Assembly: GCA_965197585.1 (NCBI GenBank)
Contig: OZ240215.1
Span: forward strand, 2,944,001 to 3,008,000
Direction of reading: 5' to 3'
DNA from: Dehalococcoidia bacterium
GTDB taxonomy: Bacteria > Chloroflexota > Dehalococcoidia > Plut-88900
DNA: 64,000 nucleotides
In this document: positions 31,085 to 40,620 of the stretch, in pieces
Layout: every line of letters begins with the position of its first letter
How positions within the stretch are numbered: the stretch's first letter is position 1
Position numbers and translations under genes: made by a program
Notes under the pieces: generated by a model
What the model was told of the DNA's origin: nothing
Databases searched by the model: none
Seen by the model: only the letters and a program-made list of their open reading frames with translations

Positions 31085-31735
31085 ATGCTTAGATTTGCTG
31101 AAGAGATCATCCTGATCCTGCTGGACGACGAGGATGGCAAGTTCGTGCGCGTGCCCAGATGGTCGCTCAACTACGCCCTGGCCGGGGGTGTGCTGATGGA
31201 CCTGGCGATGGAGAACCGCATCGACACGGACATCGAGAATCTGATGCTGATCGACTCCACGTTTGTCGGGGACAGCCTGCTTGACCCGGTGCTGGCCGAG
31301 ATAGCGGAGGAGGAGCAGAAGGACATCCGTTACTGGCTCGAACACATCGCTGAGAAGGCTTCCGAGATCCGGGAGGAGGCGCTTAGCCGGCTGGTGGCGG
31401 GCGGCATCCTGGAACGGCAGGACGACCGTTTTATGTGGATGTTCAGGTCTAGGCGCTATCCCATGATCGATGGCGAGGCGGAGCGGGAGGTGAAGCTGCG
31501 AATCATGGAGGTCCTGTTCAGTGACGAAATCCCCGACCCCCGGGACATTATGATCATCTGCCTGGTGGATGCGTGCGGCATCTTCAAGGAGCTGCTGTCT
31601 CGGCGGCAGTTGGGACAGGTCGCGCCGCGTATCGAGCAGGTGCGGAAGCTGGACCTCATCGGCCAGGCGATGTCACAGGCGATCCGGGATATCGAACTGA
31701 CGGTGATATCGTCGATGCAGCCGCATCTTTACTAG
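31085..31735 (+). CDS. GOLPH3/Vps74 (GPP34) family protein
   Basis: AEEIILILLDD..G…ALAGGVLMDLA…RI and L..L...GIL patterns. Confidence 0.85.
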   Translation: MLRFAEEIILILLDDEDGKFVRVPRWSLNYALAGGVLMDLAMENRIDTDIENLMLIDSTFVGDSLLDPVLAEIAEEEQKDIRYWLEHIAEKASEIREEALSRLVAGGILERQDDRFMWMFRSRRYPMIDGEAEREVKLRIMEVLFSDEIPDPRDIMIICLVDACGIFKELLSRRQLGQVAPRIEQVRKLDLIGQAMSQAIRDIELTVISSMQPHLY

Positions 31736-31759
31736 GACGTATTACAAGGGATAAAGAGG

Positions 31760-31792
31760 AGCGCCGCTCGGCTTAGCCGGGCGGCGCTTTTT
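31760..31792 (+). terminator. intrinsic terminator
   Basis: agcgccgctcggc-tta-gccgggcggcgct followed by TTTT. Confidence 0.8.
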
Positions 31793-31910
31793 GTATGGGG
31801 GGGAATCACCCTCACCCTAGCCCTCTCCCATCGAGGGAGAGGGGACTGGACCTCCCCTCCGCCGCCAGGGATAAGGTTTATGCAGAGGACTCATCGAGTT
31901 AGAGAGATTA

Positions 31911-32246
31911 CTAGTTGAAGGAGCTGATGGCGTCTTCCTGGGAGTCGCTGATCTGGATAATCTGATCGAAGCCGCTGACCGAGAAAAGCTCCCTGACCTG
32001 TCCCTGGAGAGAGCAGATTGCAAAGTTTGCGCCACTGTTCTGCAGGTCCTTGGCGACGAGCAGGAGCACCCGCAGTCCGGCGCTGCTGATGTAGGACAGA
32101 CTCGCGAAGTCCAAGACCATCGACTTATCGCCATCCTGGACTGCGCCCTGCAAGGAAGCCTGGAACTCGGCGGCGTTATTGCCGTCGACGGACCCTTCAA
32201 TTAAGGCTATCAGATTGCCGTCTTGTCTCTGGACTTCTACATTCAT
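31911..32246 (-). CDS. STAS-domain anti-sigma-factor antagonist
   Basis: LDFASLSYISSAGLRVLL motif. Confidence 0.93.
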   Translation of the reverse strand: MNVEVQRQDGNLIALIEGSVDGNNAAEFQASLQGAVQDGDKSMVLDFASLSYISSAGLRVLLLVAKDLQNSGANFAICSLQGQVRELFSVSGFDQIIQISDSQEDAISSFN

Positions 32247-32433
32247 GGTCGGCCTCCCGAAAGTCTAGTGAACGCTCTTTTTCTTAGTAAAGCGCCTGCT
32301 CCGGCATTTGCCCGGGAGTGATGTGGCCTCCCAAGCTCTTTGCAGTATCCGAATTGGAGGAAGGCGTGCAATGTTTCCTCACTACTCCTGTCCGTAGGTG
32401 ATAGAGGATAGTAGGACAAAGGGAATTGGTCAA

Positions 32434-34155
32434 TCAGCGACGCCACTCGGCGATGTTCCAAAGCTCGCTGTCCCAGCCGTTGATATGCACTCCTTTTAGG
32501 GTGTCGGAGTGGGCGGAGACTATGCCTCGGTTCACCATGGGAATCTCGTAGTAGGCCTGGACCTGGATGTTGTTCATGCTCTTTATCAGGGCGGTGCGGT
32601 CGGGGCCGATGGGAGTGTGAGCAAGCTCTTCGACCAACTCGTCGAACTCCGGGTTGCAGGCCCGCGTGACGTTGCCACCGCCCCAGTTGTTGTCCCGGTC
32701 CGGGATTTCCTCGCAGGTAAGGCCTACGAGGTACTGCTGAGGGTCGATATCCGGGCCGGAGGCGTACATCTGGACGTCGGCGAAGAAGCGGCTGTAGAGG
32801 GCGTCCTTGTCGGCTACGGGATCGCCGCCGAAGTAGACGGCGGCGTCGTGGTGGAGTATTTCGGTCTCGATGCCGATCTGACTCCACCAGTCCTGGACCA
32901 GGAACTGGGTTTCTTGACGGATGTCATTGGTCGAGGTCTGGAAGGTGATTTTCAGGGGAACGCCATTGTATTCGCGGACGCCGTCTCCGTCGGAGTCGAT
33001 CACGCTGTTGTCGTCGAGGAGTTGGTTTGCAGCGCCGATGTCCTGGGTGAGGCAGCCGTCGTTTGCTGTAGAGACGTAGCTCGGGGGGCTGACGATGAGG
33101 TTGCAAGTAGGCTCGCCTGCGAAGCCGTAGAGCCGCTCGGATATCAAGCCTCGGTCGATGGCGAGGGACATGGCCTGGGGGATGGGAGCGAAGGCAAAGA
33201 AAAGATGGGGATTTGTGCCGTCCAGGTACTCGGAGCGGTCTTCTCCGAGGGTGGGGTCGGGGTTGGTCTGGTTGAGGACGATGCGCTCCACGAGGCTCGA
33301 GAATGCGGAGATGACCTTGCCATTGCCAGCGGCCTCCAATGTGGCGAGGGTCTCGGGGTCTATCTGGAGGTTCCAGGCGTAGTCGGCCTCGCCGTCTTCG
33401 AGGACAGATTTGGCCGCAGCAAGGGCCTCGCCGCCGCCCTTGAGAATGATGCGGTCGAAAAAGGGCTTGTCTCCATAGTAGTGGGGGTTGCGTTCGTAGA
33501 CGGCCAGTTCGTCAGGGGTGAACTCGACGATGCGGTAGGGGCCCGGGCCTAAGGGGGCGAAGTTCTCATCATCGCAGCCCGCGGCCGCGGCGCCGAAACA
33601 ATCGGCGAACTGGGCTTGACTGAGGACCGGGACCCCGGCCCCGACGAAGGGGACGTAGGGGTAGGGGGTGGGGGCGTGGAAGGTTATCTTGACGGTCGAG
33701 TCGTCCAGGGCCTCCACGGAAGTTATGTCAGCGAATGAACTGCTGGCGGTGCAACCTGTAGCTTCGTCGGTACAGTACCGCCAGGTGAAGACCACGTCAT
33801 GGGCGGTGAGGTCGCTGCCGTCGGACCACTTGAGGTCGTCCTTTAGGTTCCAGGTGATCGAGGTTAGGTCCTGGGAGATGCCGCTGTTCTGGAGGGTGGG
33901 TATGTCCTCGGCGAGGGCCGGGACAAGGGCGCCGTCGGGGTCGTAGTAAGCCAAGGGCTGGAGGGTGATGGCACCGGCGTCTCTGTCCTTGAACCCGCCC
34001 GAAAGGTAGGGGTTGGGGGTGGAGGGGGCCTGCCAATAGAGGATGGTGAGGGTCTCTTCCCCGCCGCATCTGAAACTCAGCAAGAGCACAAGGGCGACGA
34101 CTATCCCTACACCGCCAAGAACAACGCGTCTGCGTTTAAGAACATTTTCTACCAA
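32434..34155 (-). CDS. peptide ABC transporter substrate-binding protein (family 5)
   Basis: LKWSDGSDLTAHDVVFTW, GPGPYRIVEF and WNIAEW motifs. TTG start is inferred. Confidence 0.9.
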   Translation of the reverse strand: MVENVLKRRRVVLGGVGIVVALVLLLSFRCGGEETLTILYWQAPSTPNPYLSGGFKDRDAGAITLQPLAYYDPDGALVPALAEDIPTLQNSGISQDLTSITWNLKDDLKWSDGSDLTAHDVVFTWRYCTDEATGCTASSSFADITSVEALDDSTVKITFHAPTPYPYVPFVGAGVPVLSQAQFADCFGAAAAGCDDENFAPLGPGPYRIVEFTPDELAVYERNPHYYGDKPFFDRIILKGGGEALAAAKSVLEDGEADYAWNLQIDPETLATLEAAGNGKVISAFSSLVERIVLNQTNPDPTLGEDRSEYLDGTNPHLFFAFAPIPQAMSLAIDRGLISERLYGFAGEPTCNLIVSPPSYVSTANDGCLTQDIGAANQLLDDNSVIDSDGDGVREYNGVPLKITFQTSTNDIRQETQFLVQDWWSQIGIETEILHHDAAVYFGGDPVADKDALYSRFFADVQMYASGPDIDPQQYLVGLTCEEIPDRDNNWGGGNVTRACNPEFDELVEELAHTPIGPDRTALIKSMNNIQVQAYYEIPMVNRGIVSAHSDTLKGVHINGWDSELWNIAEWRR

Positions 34156-34174
34156 TGGCTTAAAACTCCGGTGA

Positions 34175-34618
34175 TTATTGTTTGGGACTGCAGTCGAAGG
34201 CCGGGTCCCGGCGCAGGAGCCGGATGCCGGTCGAGCCAAGGAGGAGGGGGAAGGTGGTGTCTATGAAAATCCATAACAGACCTATGTCGCCGGCGGGTTC
34301 CACCCACTGCGATGAAATCCAGTTCCAGAGGAGGGCGAGAAGCAGGAAGGCAGAGAAGTAGAAGGTAACGTTGGCCTCCAGGTATTCTCGGTCAATAGCC
34401 TTGTTGGAAGAACCTGAGTCTCGACGCAGCTTCGCGGAAGCGGCCAAGAGCAGTACTATGACCACGCCGGCAACCATTAGAGGGTTGAGCACATCCCAGG
34501 CTGTGGATGCCACGCCTTCCGATTTCGGGTCGTAGAAGAGAGTGGCGATGGAATTGACGGCCACGGCCGCGGCCACGAGGAGCATGTAGACGGCGGACAG
34601 AAGTTTTATAGCGCTCAT
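34175..34618 (-). CDS. 4-TM membrane protein, paralog of 60046-60507
   Basis: REYLEANVTFY…LWNW motif; GGAGG SD. Confidence 0.75.
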   Translation of the reverse strand: MSAIKLLSAVYMLLVAAAVAVNSIATLFYDPKSEGVASTAWDVLNPLMVAGVVIVLLLAASAKLRRDSGSSNKAIDREYLEANVTFYFSAFLLLALLWNWISSQWVEPAGDIGLLWIFIDTTFPLLLGSTGIRLLRRDPAFDCSPKQ

Positions 34619-34648
34619 AGATATTCCTCCTGTTAGCTAGCCGATATG

Positions 34649-34867
34649 TCAGGGCTTGAAGGCCAGGCACTCTCCGAAAGCCACTGCGCCCGAGGCTGCA
34701 GGGTTTGACTTCCACTCATCAAGGTCGGCGCGCCACTGGTCGAATTGTTCCTGGGTGGCGAGGCCGAACTTGATGGCTGCGCCAATGACCTGTGGCGAAA
34801 GAAACCAGCCAGTAGCGATGCCGTAGAAGAAGGCGATGTCCTTGGAGGTGTCGTCAGGCATTGTCAT
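34649..34867 (-). pseudogene. probable C-terminal remnant of a SAM-methyltransferase-type protein
   Basis: 72 aa ending GLATQEQFDQW…W…PAA…GECLAFKP; no SAM-binding motif. Confidence 0.4.
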
Positions 34868-34997
34868 TCGCTCCTAACGGGTGACTATGGCCAGAGCATA
34901 TTTTAGAACAGGGGGGTGGGGGGAGGCTATTGGGGGGTATGGTGTAGAATCGGATACTAGGCCACTTTTGACTCGGAGCCGAATGCGATTTGGGAAG

Positions 34998-36017
34998 ATG
35001 GTGATGAAAGAAAGACTAGCAACTGCGATAAAGGGCATCCGGTCCGATAAGAAAATCTCGACTTTGGATGAAAAGAGTACCAGGGCCGAAGTAATTGACC
35101 CAGTGTTGGAACGCCTAGGATGGGACAAATTTGGCGAAGACTTCGTGATTGAATATTCCGTGCCAGGCGGGGCGGTCGACTACGCTTTGCATGTCCGGAA
35201 TATGCCCAAGGTCTTCATAGAAGCAAAAAACCCAAGAGAAGATTTGCGTCGCCACGTAGACCAACTTGTCACCTACTGTGCAAAGCACGGAGTGCCATTG
35301 GCTGCACTTACGAACGGACTCAACTGGTGGTTCTACCTTCCACTGAAGGAAGGTACAGTCGAAGCGCGGCAATTCTGTCGACTGGACATATCAGTGCAGG
35401 ACATTTCAGAGATTTGTAATCGCCTAATCGAGTTCCTTGCCCGGGAGAACGTCTATTCGGGAGTTGCAGTCGAGAATGCCGAAGCCCACCTGCAACGGTT
35501 ACACGAGGCCAGGAATGTGGACAAGGCTCTGCCCCAAGCTTGGCAAGACCTCATTGCTGGACCGGATGACATGCTTGTAGAGTTGATCAACGAGAAGGTG
35601 GAATATCTGTGTGGCGTTAAAGCTGGAGCGAACCACATCAAAGAATTCTTGGTGGGCCTGAGCAGGCCGGCGCGTACGGTGAAACAGTCACCTAAATTTG
35701 AGAAGAAGGAACCGGCATACGTCGGCAGAACTGTGCGGATATCACCGCACCTGTCAGACCTTGCTTTGTCAAAACTGGACAATATCGAGGACAAGGAATT
35801 ACTGCACGCAAGACTCTCCAACATCGTTGAGCATTACGTCGACCCCAAATACGTCCGCGATCATGGCATCCGCGCCACCGTCAGGCAGCATATGACCAAT
35901 CGCGGATTCATTGAGTTTGAGATCCTGGCCGAATGGGGCGGAATCAAGTCAGACCACACCCGATTCTGCAAGATTGATATCTGCAATGCCAAACACGCAA
36001 ACAACCGACGGAAATAG
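34998..36017 (+). CDS. HsdR N-terminal-like restriction endonuclease domain protein
   Basis: E..TRAEVIDPVL..LGWD…EY…VDYAL…IEAK…QL..Y…LTNG..W.FY pattern. Confidence 0.85.
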   Translation: MVMKERLATAIKGIRSDKKISTLDEKSTRAEVIDPVLERLGWDKFGEDFVIEYSVPGGAVDYALHVRNMPKVFIEAKNPREDLRRHVDQLVTYCAKHGVPLAALTNGLNWWFYLPLKEGTVEARQFCRLDISVQDISEICNRLIEFLARENVYSGVAVENAEAHLQRLHEARNVDKALPQAWQDLIAGPDDMLVELINEKVEYLCGVKAGANHIKEFLVGLSRPARTVKQSPKFEKKEPAYVGRTVRISPHLSDLALSKLDNIEDKELLHARLSNIVEHYVDPKYVRDHGIRATVRQHMTNRGFIEFEILAEWGGIKSDHTRFCKIDICNAKHANNRRK

Positions 36018-36051
36018 TCTGCCTGCTCATACCACTACAAGGTACGGAACT

Positions 36052-36234
36052 ATGGCTAATTTCCAATACCAACGCTTAGTCTCGGATGAAAGCTCTGACG
36101 AATTTCCATTGCGCCCGGGGAGTATCGACACATCGATGCTCGGGGGATTAAAGGACAAGATTCCACCCGACCATCCGCCGTTCGACATCGACAGGTTTCG
36201 GGAGGAGGGGTATGACTCAGCGCTTCGGGATTGA
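36052..36234 (+). CDS. small antitoxin-like protein
   Basis: 60 aa; its end overlaps the start of the next gene. Confidence 0.4.
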   Translation: MANFQYQRLVSDESSDEFPLRPGSIDTSMLGGLKDKIPPDHPPFDIDRFREEGYDSALRD

Positions 36235-36796
36235 GGGCTCTGTCCTCACCTATGAGGACTACCGGAATACCACTGACGAGCAACGGTACGAATTGCTTGA
36301 TGGTGAGTTGGTTGTTCTCCCGACACCCAACATCGCCCATCAAGTGACTCTCGGTGACATATTCTGTGAACTCTATGACTTCCTGAAGGAGAAAAAGACG
36401 GGAGAGGCGTTTATGCGGGTGGCAGTAGTCCTCTCCGATACGAACGTAGTGGAACCCGACATCACCTTCGTATCGGCAAGCCGCATGGATATCGTAGAAA
36501 CCGATGACATCCGCGGCGCTCCCGACCTGGTCGTCGAGGTTATCTCGCCCTCCAATCCCGAGAGAGATTTGGTCAGGAAGCGGGACATTTACGCGCGGTA
36601 TGGAGTCGGAGAATATTGGATTGTGGACCCCGACGCCTGTTCGATCAGAGTGATGACGCTGGAAGGCAGCACATATAGCACAATCGGAGAGTATGAAGCC
36701 GGAGACCAATTGACCTCTCCTACTTTGAAAGGACTAGCGCTGGAGGTGGAAGACGTGTTCGCTGTGCCGGGTCGCCCTTCCGGGCAAGGGGCCTAG
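36212..36796 (+). CDS. Uma2 family endonuclease
   Basis: RYELLDG, EPDI, PDLVVEVISPS and YARYGVGEYWIVDP motifs. Confidence 0.93.
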   Translation: MTQRFGIEGSVLTYEDYRNTTDEQRYELLDGELVVLPTPNIAHQVTLGDIFCELYDFLKEKKTGEAFMRVAVVLSDTNVVEPDITFVSASRMDIVETDDIRGAPDLVVEVISPSNPERDLVRKRDIYARYGVGEYWIVDPDACSIRVMTLEGSTYSTIGEYEAGDQLTSPTLKGLALEVEDVFAVPGRPSGQGA

Positions 36797-36876
36797 GACG
36801 CTCGGGTGGCGGGGAGGGGCGGCGGGTGTATAATTCCCCCTATTGTTACGGGGACGGACAGTTAAGGAGGACTTAA

Positions 36877-38205
36877 ATGGCGAAGTCAAACGGGAAAACT
36901 TACGCAGGTGAGGATTTTGGCGACCTGAAGCAGGCGGCGATGGACCACCTGTGGATGCCCTTCAGCCAGTACAACGACCTGCTGAGCAAGGGCGGCCCGA
37001 AGATTATCGTCGAGGGCGACGGCATTCGGATGACGGACAGTGACGGGAACAGCTACATCGACGCGATCGGGGGGTTGTTCCTGGTCAACGTCGGGCACGG
37101 ACGTACGGAGATTGCGGAGGCAGTGGCCGACCAGCTTGGCGCTGTTCACTACGCCAACACCTTCGCATACCCCGCAGTCCCAACGATCAAGCTGTCGAAA
37201 AAACTGGCCGAGCTGGCCCCCGGGGACCTGGACAGGGTGTTCCTGGCCAGCGGTGGCTCTGAGGCGGTGGACACGGCGCTGAAGATTATCCGGCAGTACC
37301 ACGTGAACAACGGCGAGCCCCGACGGACCAAGTTCATCGCCCGCAGAGGCTCGTACCACGGGGTCAGCGTGGGCGCCCTGAGCATGAACAGCGCGGCCAA
37401 TGTGCGCCGGGACATCTGGGACCCGATGCTTATCGACACGAAGTTTGTTGGGGAGACGGCGGAGGACGTGGAGGAGATGATCAAGTTCGAGGGCCCCGAG
37501 ACCGTCGCCGGTTTCATCACCGAGCCGATCTCCGTGCCCAAGGGCATGAAGGTCCCCGATGACGACTACTGGCCCAAGGTCCGGGAGATCTGCGACCGGT
37601 ACGGCGTCCTGATGGTAGCCGACGAGGTGATCACGGGCTTCGGTCGGACGGGCAAGATGTTCGCCATGGAGCACTGGAACGTCACCGCCGACCTGATGAC
37701 CTTCGCCAAGGGCGTCACCAGCGGCTACCAGCCTGTCGGCGGCGTGATGGTGACCAACAAGGTCTACGACGCCTTCAAGGGTGACGCCGACAAGACGTTC
37801 ACCCACGGGTACACGTACTCGGGGCACCCGGCGGGGGCCGCAGCGGCCCTGGTCAACCTAGCGATCATCGAGGAAGAGGAACTGGTGCGGAACTCGGCGG
37901 AGACGGGGGCCTACCTGAAGGGCCAGCTGGAAACCCTTAAAGAGCACTCGATGGTGAGCGAGGTCCACGGGACCGGTCTGCTCCTGGGCATTGAGCTGCT
38001 GGAGGACAAGGCCACGGGCAAGCAGTTCGAAAAGGGCGCGCCGAAACTGAAGCAGCTGGTGCAGGAGCTGGAGGACCGGGGCATGCTGACCCGGACGGAG
38101 CCGTTCCTCTACATCGCCCCGCCCCTCACCCTGACCCGGGAAGAGGCGGACGAGATCGTGTCCATCATCGACGAGTCGTTGACGGTGGTTGAAAAAGAAG
38201 CCTAG
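36877..38205 (+). CDS. class III PLP aminotransferase
   Basis: SGGSEAVD, SYHG, DEVITGFGRTG and FAKGVTSGY motifs; GGAGG SD. Confidence 0.95.
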   Translation: MAKSNGKTYAGEDFGDLKQAAMDHLWMPFSQYNDLLSKGGPKIIVEGDGIRMTDSDGNSYIDAIGGLFLVNVGHGRTEIAEAVADQLGAVHYANTFAYPAVPTIKLSKKLAELAPGDLDRVFLASGGSEAVDTALKIIRQYHVNNGEPRRTKFIARRGSYHGVSVGALSMNSAANVRRDIWDPMLIDTKFVGETAEDVEEMIKFEGPETVAGFITEPISVPKGMKVPDDDYWPKVREICDRYGVLMVADEVITGFGRTGKMFAMEHWNVTADLMTFAKGVTSGYQPVGGVMVTNKVYDAFKGDADKTFTHGYTYSGHPAGAAAALVNLAIIEEEELVRNSAETGAYLKGQLETLKEHSMVSEVHGTGLLLGIELLEDKATGKQFEKGAPKLKQLVQELEDRGMLTRTEPFLYIAPPLTLTREEADEIVSIIDESLTVVEKEA

Positions 38206-38232
38206 CCGCCAGATTACATAGACCAAGCGCAG

Positions 38233-38275
38233 AGGGGCCGGTCCTCCTGAATGGGGGGGCGGCCCCTTGTTTTTT
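38233..38275 (+). terminator. intrinsic terminator
   Basis: aggggccg…cggcccct followed by a T-run. Confidence 0.7.
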
Positions 38276-38430
38276 GGGGCCCTCGCTGGACGTCATAGCG
38301 GGTGTTTTTGATTGACTCAATCAAAAGTTCGTGCCTGTATGATTGATCTGGGGAAGAAACCGGCGGTGTCGACCGGATTGAAGAGTGCGAAAGGGTGGGG
38401 GTGGGGATTCCGGCTCGGTGGAGAGGGTGT

Positions 38431-39072
38431 TTATTCAGTTGGGGTTTGGGGTTTTGGTTTGGTTTGGTTTGTTGGGAGGGACTGGCGATGGAAGGTCCGG
38501 GAGTGTTGGGCAGGGAGGCGGTTAGGCCTGTGCCGGTGCCTGTGGGCGTCGACTGCCTGCACAGGACAGCCCCTAGCTTCTGAGAGGATGTGGAGGGGAC
38601 CCGAGGGATTCTCGGTGTGGGGCGTCCCGACCACCAGAAGTGCTCGATCATGCGGAGGAATGGGAGCGTGACTCGAAGCCGCCGAGGGGTGCGCGTGCCT
38701 CTCCGAAGGAGTCGGCCTAGGGCACGATGGCCCCTAGCACAGCCCTGCAATAGGGCGGGATTTTTACATTTCGCTGGGATATGCGCATAGCGTTGACTCG
38801 AACGCGCCGGGTGAGTGATGCGTTGAATCGGGCTGGTCTCGCAAGCCTACATGCTGCTTAGAGTCGATGGACCTTCCATCGCGTGGTTGGTGGGGGAAGG
38901 GTGAGCCGGGGCCTTTGGTATGAGGAGGTGGCGGCTTTTGCTTGAGCCGAGGGGCGGCGTCTGGGCCGCCCTTTGGGATGGGCTTGGACGTTGAGTCCTC
39001 GGGGGCCGGGGATGTGGTTCCCCCTGGGTTGTGGTTCCTCCTTGGGTTTAGGGTGTGTGACGGGCCAGTCGA
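38431..39072 (-). ncRNA. candidate large ncRNA, copy 3
   Basis: Same leader motifs; perfect 14-bp helix 38485-38498/38869-38882; cUUCGg loop; convergent with the aminotransferase gene. Confidence 0.6.
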
Positions 39073-39077
39073 GGGTG

Positions 39078-39107
39078 AATATAGTACATGCGTTTTGATT
39101 TGGTCAA
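39078..39107 (-). promoter_or_regulatory. promoter of ncRNA copy 3
   Basis: TTGACC-18-TATATT, with AAAC-gcat-GTAC abutting the -10. Confidence 0.6.
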
Positions 39108-39163
39108 GGGGTTCGTGTCACATTTGGCCAAGTGGGATCACCCTCACCCTAGCCCTCTCCCAT

Positions 39164-40453
39164 TGTATAGACCGGGGACATAGGTAACACATGTTCGGAG
39201 ACATGGGTTACACCATAAGGCATGGTAAATCTGATTCAGGAGGGTTTTCATGCCATGGAAGGTTGCAAGTGCCATGTCTCAACGCGAAGAGTTTATCGCC
39301 CTGGCGCAGTCCGAGGATGTGAATATGAGCGAGCTGTGTCTGCGCAGTGGGATCAGCCGCAAGACCGGCTACAAGTGGCTGAGACGATATCTCGAAGGCG
39401 GAGAGCAGAGTCTGGATGATCTCCCGAAGCGTCCCCGTCACTCCCCGAACCGCACGGGTGCCGAGATGGAGCAGCTCGTCGTAGACCTTCGTAGGGAGCA
39501 CCCTACCAAGGGAGGACACGTACTGGCCAGGATACTCAAGGATAGTGGTCACAACGGCGTGCCGTCCAAGAGCACGGTCACGGCCATCCTCAGGCGACAT
39601 CGGCTTATAGAGCCGGCGGACAGCCTCAAGCACAAGCCGTACAGGCGCTTCGAGCACCAACGGCCCAACGACCTTTGGCAAATGGACTTCAAGGGGCATA
39701 TCCCGGTAGGCAGTGGTGGACGGTGCCACCCACTGACGGTACTGGACGACCATTCGAGGTTCTCCCTGGGCGTGAGGGCTTGTGCAGACGAGAAGACTCA
39801 GACCGTCCATGACCATCTCACGTCCATCTTCCGCAGCTACGGCATGCCCAACACGATACTGGTAGACAATGGCTCCCCCTGGGGCAGCGACTTCTACCAC
39901 CCCTTCACCCCGCTCACCGTCTGGCTGGTTCAACTGGGAGTCAGGGTGGTACACAGCAGGCCATACCATCCCCAGACCCTCGGCAAGCTCGAGCGCTTCC
40001 ACAGGTCCCTCAAGACGGAACTGCTCCAGGGAAGTAAATACACCGACCTGTCCCACTGCCAGAGCAGCTTCGACAGGTGGAGAGACTTCTACAACCTCAA
40101 GCGGCCTCACCACGCCCTGGACCTCGATACCCCTGCCAGCAGATACGCCATCAGCCCTCGGCCTTTCCCGGAGGCCCTTCCAGCCGTCGAGTACGATGCC
40201 GATGACCATGTACGTTCCGTCGATGTCAACGGCCGAATATCCTTTCTGGGCAGATCACTTCCCATAGGTAAAGCCTTCAGAAACAGGCGGGTCGCTCTGA
40301 GGCCCACGGCCAACGATGGCACATGGAAGGTCTTTTTCTCTGTACAGCCCATCGCTACCATAGATATAAGTCGATAGAATGTGTTACCTATCTCCCCGAA
40401 CAACTGTTACCCATGTCCTCGGTCTAACTGTTACCCATGTCCCTGGTCGTACA
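39164..40453 (+). mobile_element. IS481-family insertion sequence
   Basis: TGT…ACA ends; imperfect IRs (tgtatagaccggggacataggtaaca / tgtacgaccaggggacatgggtaaca); subterminal repeats. Confidence 0.93.
39250..40377 (+). CDS. IS481 DDE transposase
   Basis: MPWK…ISRKTGYKW HTH, WQMDFKG, DDHSR, DNG and GKLERFHR motifs. Confidence 0.96.
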   Translation: MPWKVASAMSQREEFIALAQSEDVNMSELCLRSGISRKTGYKWLRRYLEGGEQSLDDLPKRPRHSPNRTGAEMEQLVVDLRREHPTKGGHVLARILKDSGHNGVPSKSTVTAILRRHRLIEPADSLKHKPYRRFEHQRPNDLWQMDFKGHIPVGSGGRCHPLTVLDDHSRFSLGVRACADEKTQTVHDHLTSIFRSYGMPNTILVDNGSPWGSDFYHPFTPLTVWLVQLGVRVVHSRPYHPQTLGKLERFHRSLKTELLQGSKYTDLSHCQSSFDRWRDFYNLKRPHHALDLDTPASRYAISPRPFPEALPAVEYDADDHVRSVDVNGRISFLGRSLPIGKAFRNRRVALRPTANDGTWKVFFSVQPIATIDISR

Positions 40454-40480
40454 GTGAGGGTGATCCCACTCCTACATAGC

Positions 40481-40620
40481 CGTCATTCCCGTGAAAACGG
40501 GAATCCAGGGTTGGACATTCCGCTCGCCCTGAGCCGAGTCGAAGGGTCTCAAGAGCGGCAGTGGTGTGGGGCCGCCTTATCCCCTCTCCCTCGATGGGAG
40601 AGGGCTAGAGTGAGGGTGAT
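40481..40620. repeat. cluster of REP-like palindromes in reversed orientation
   Basis: gtcattccc…gggaatcc, ccgctcgccctgagc…gtcgaaggg and cccctctccc…gggagaggg are reverse complements of the families at 64-127, 1043-1068 and 31808-31845. Confidence 0.75.

Noticed and set aside
40380-40445. Three ~23-bp direct repeats as a mini CRISPR
   Set aside because: Spacers are only 5-6 bp. These are IS481 subterminal transposase-binding repeats.
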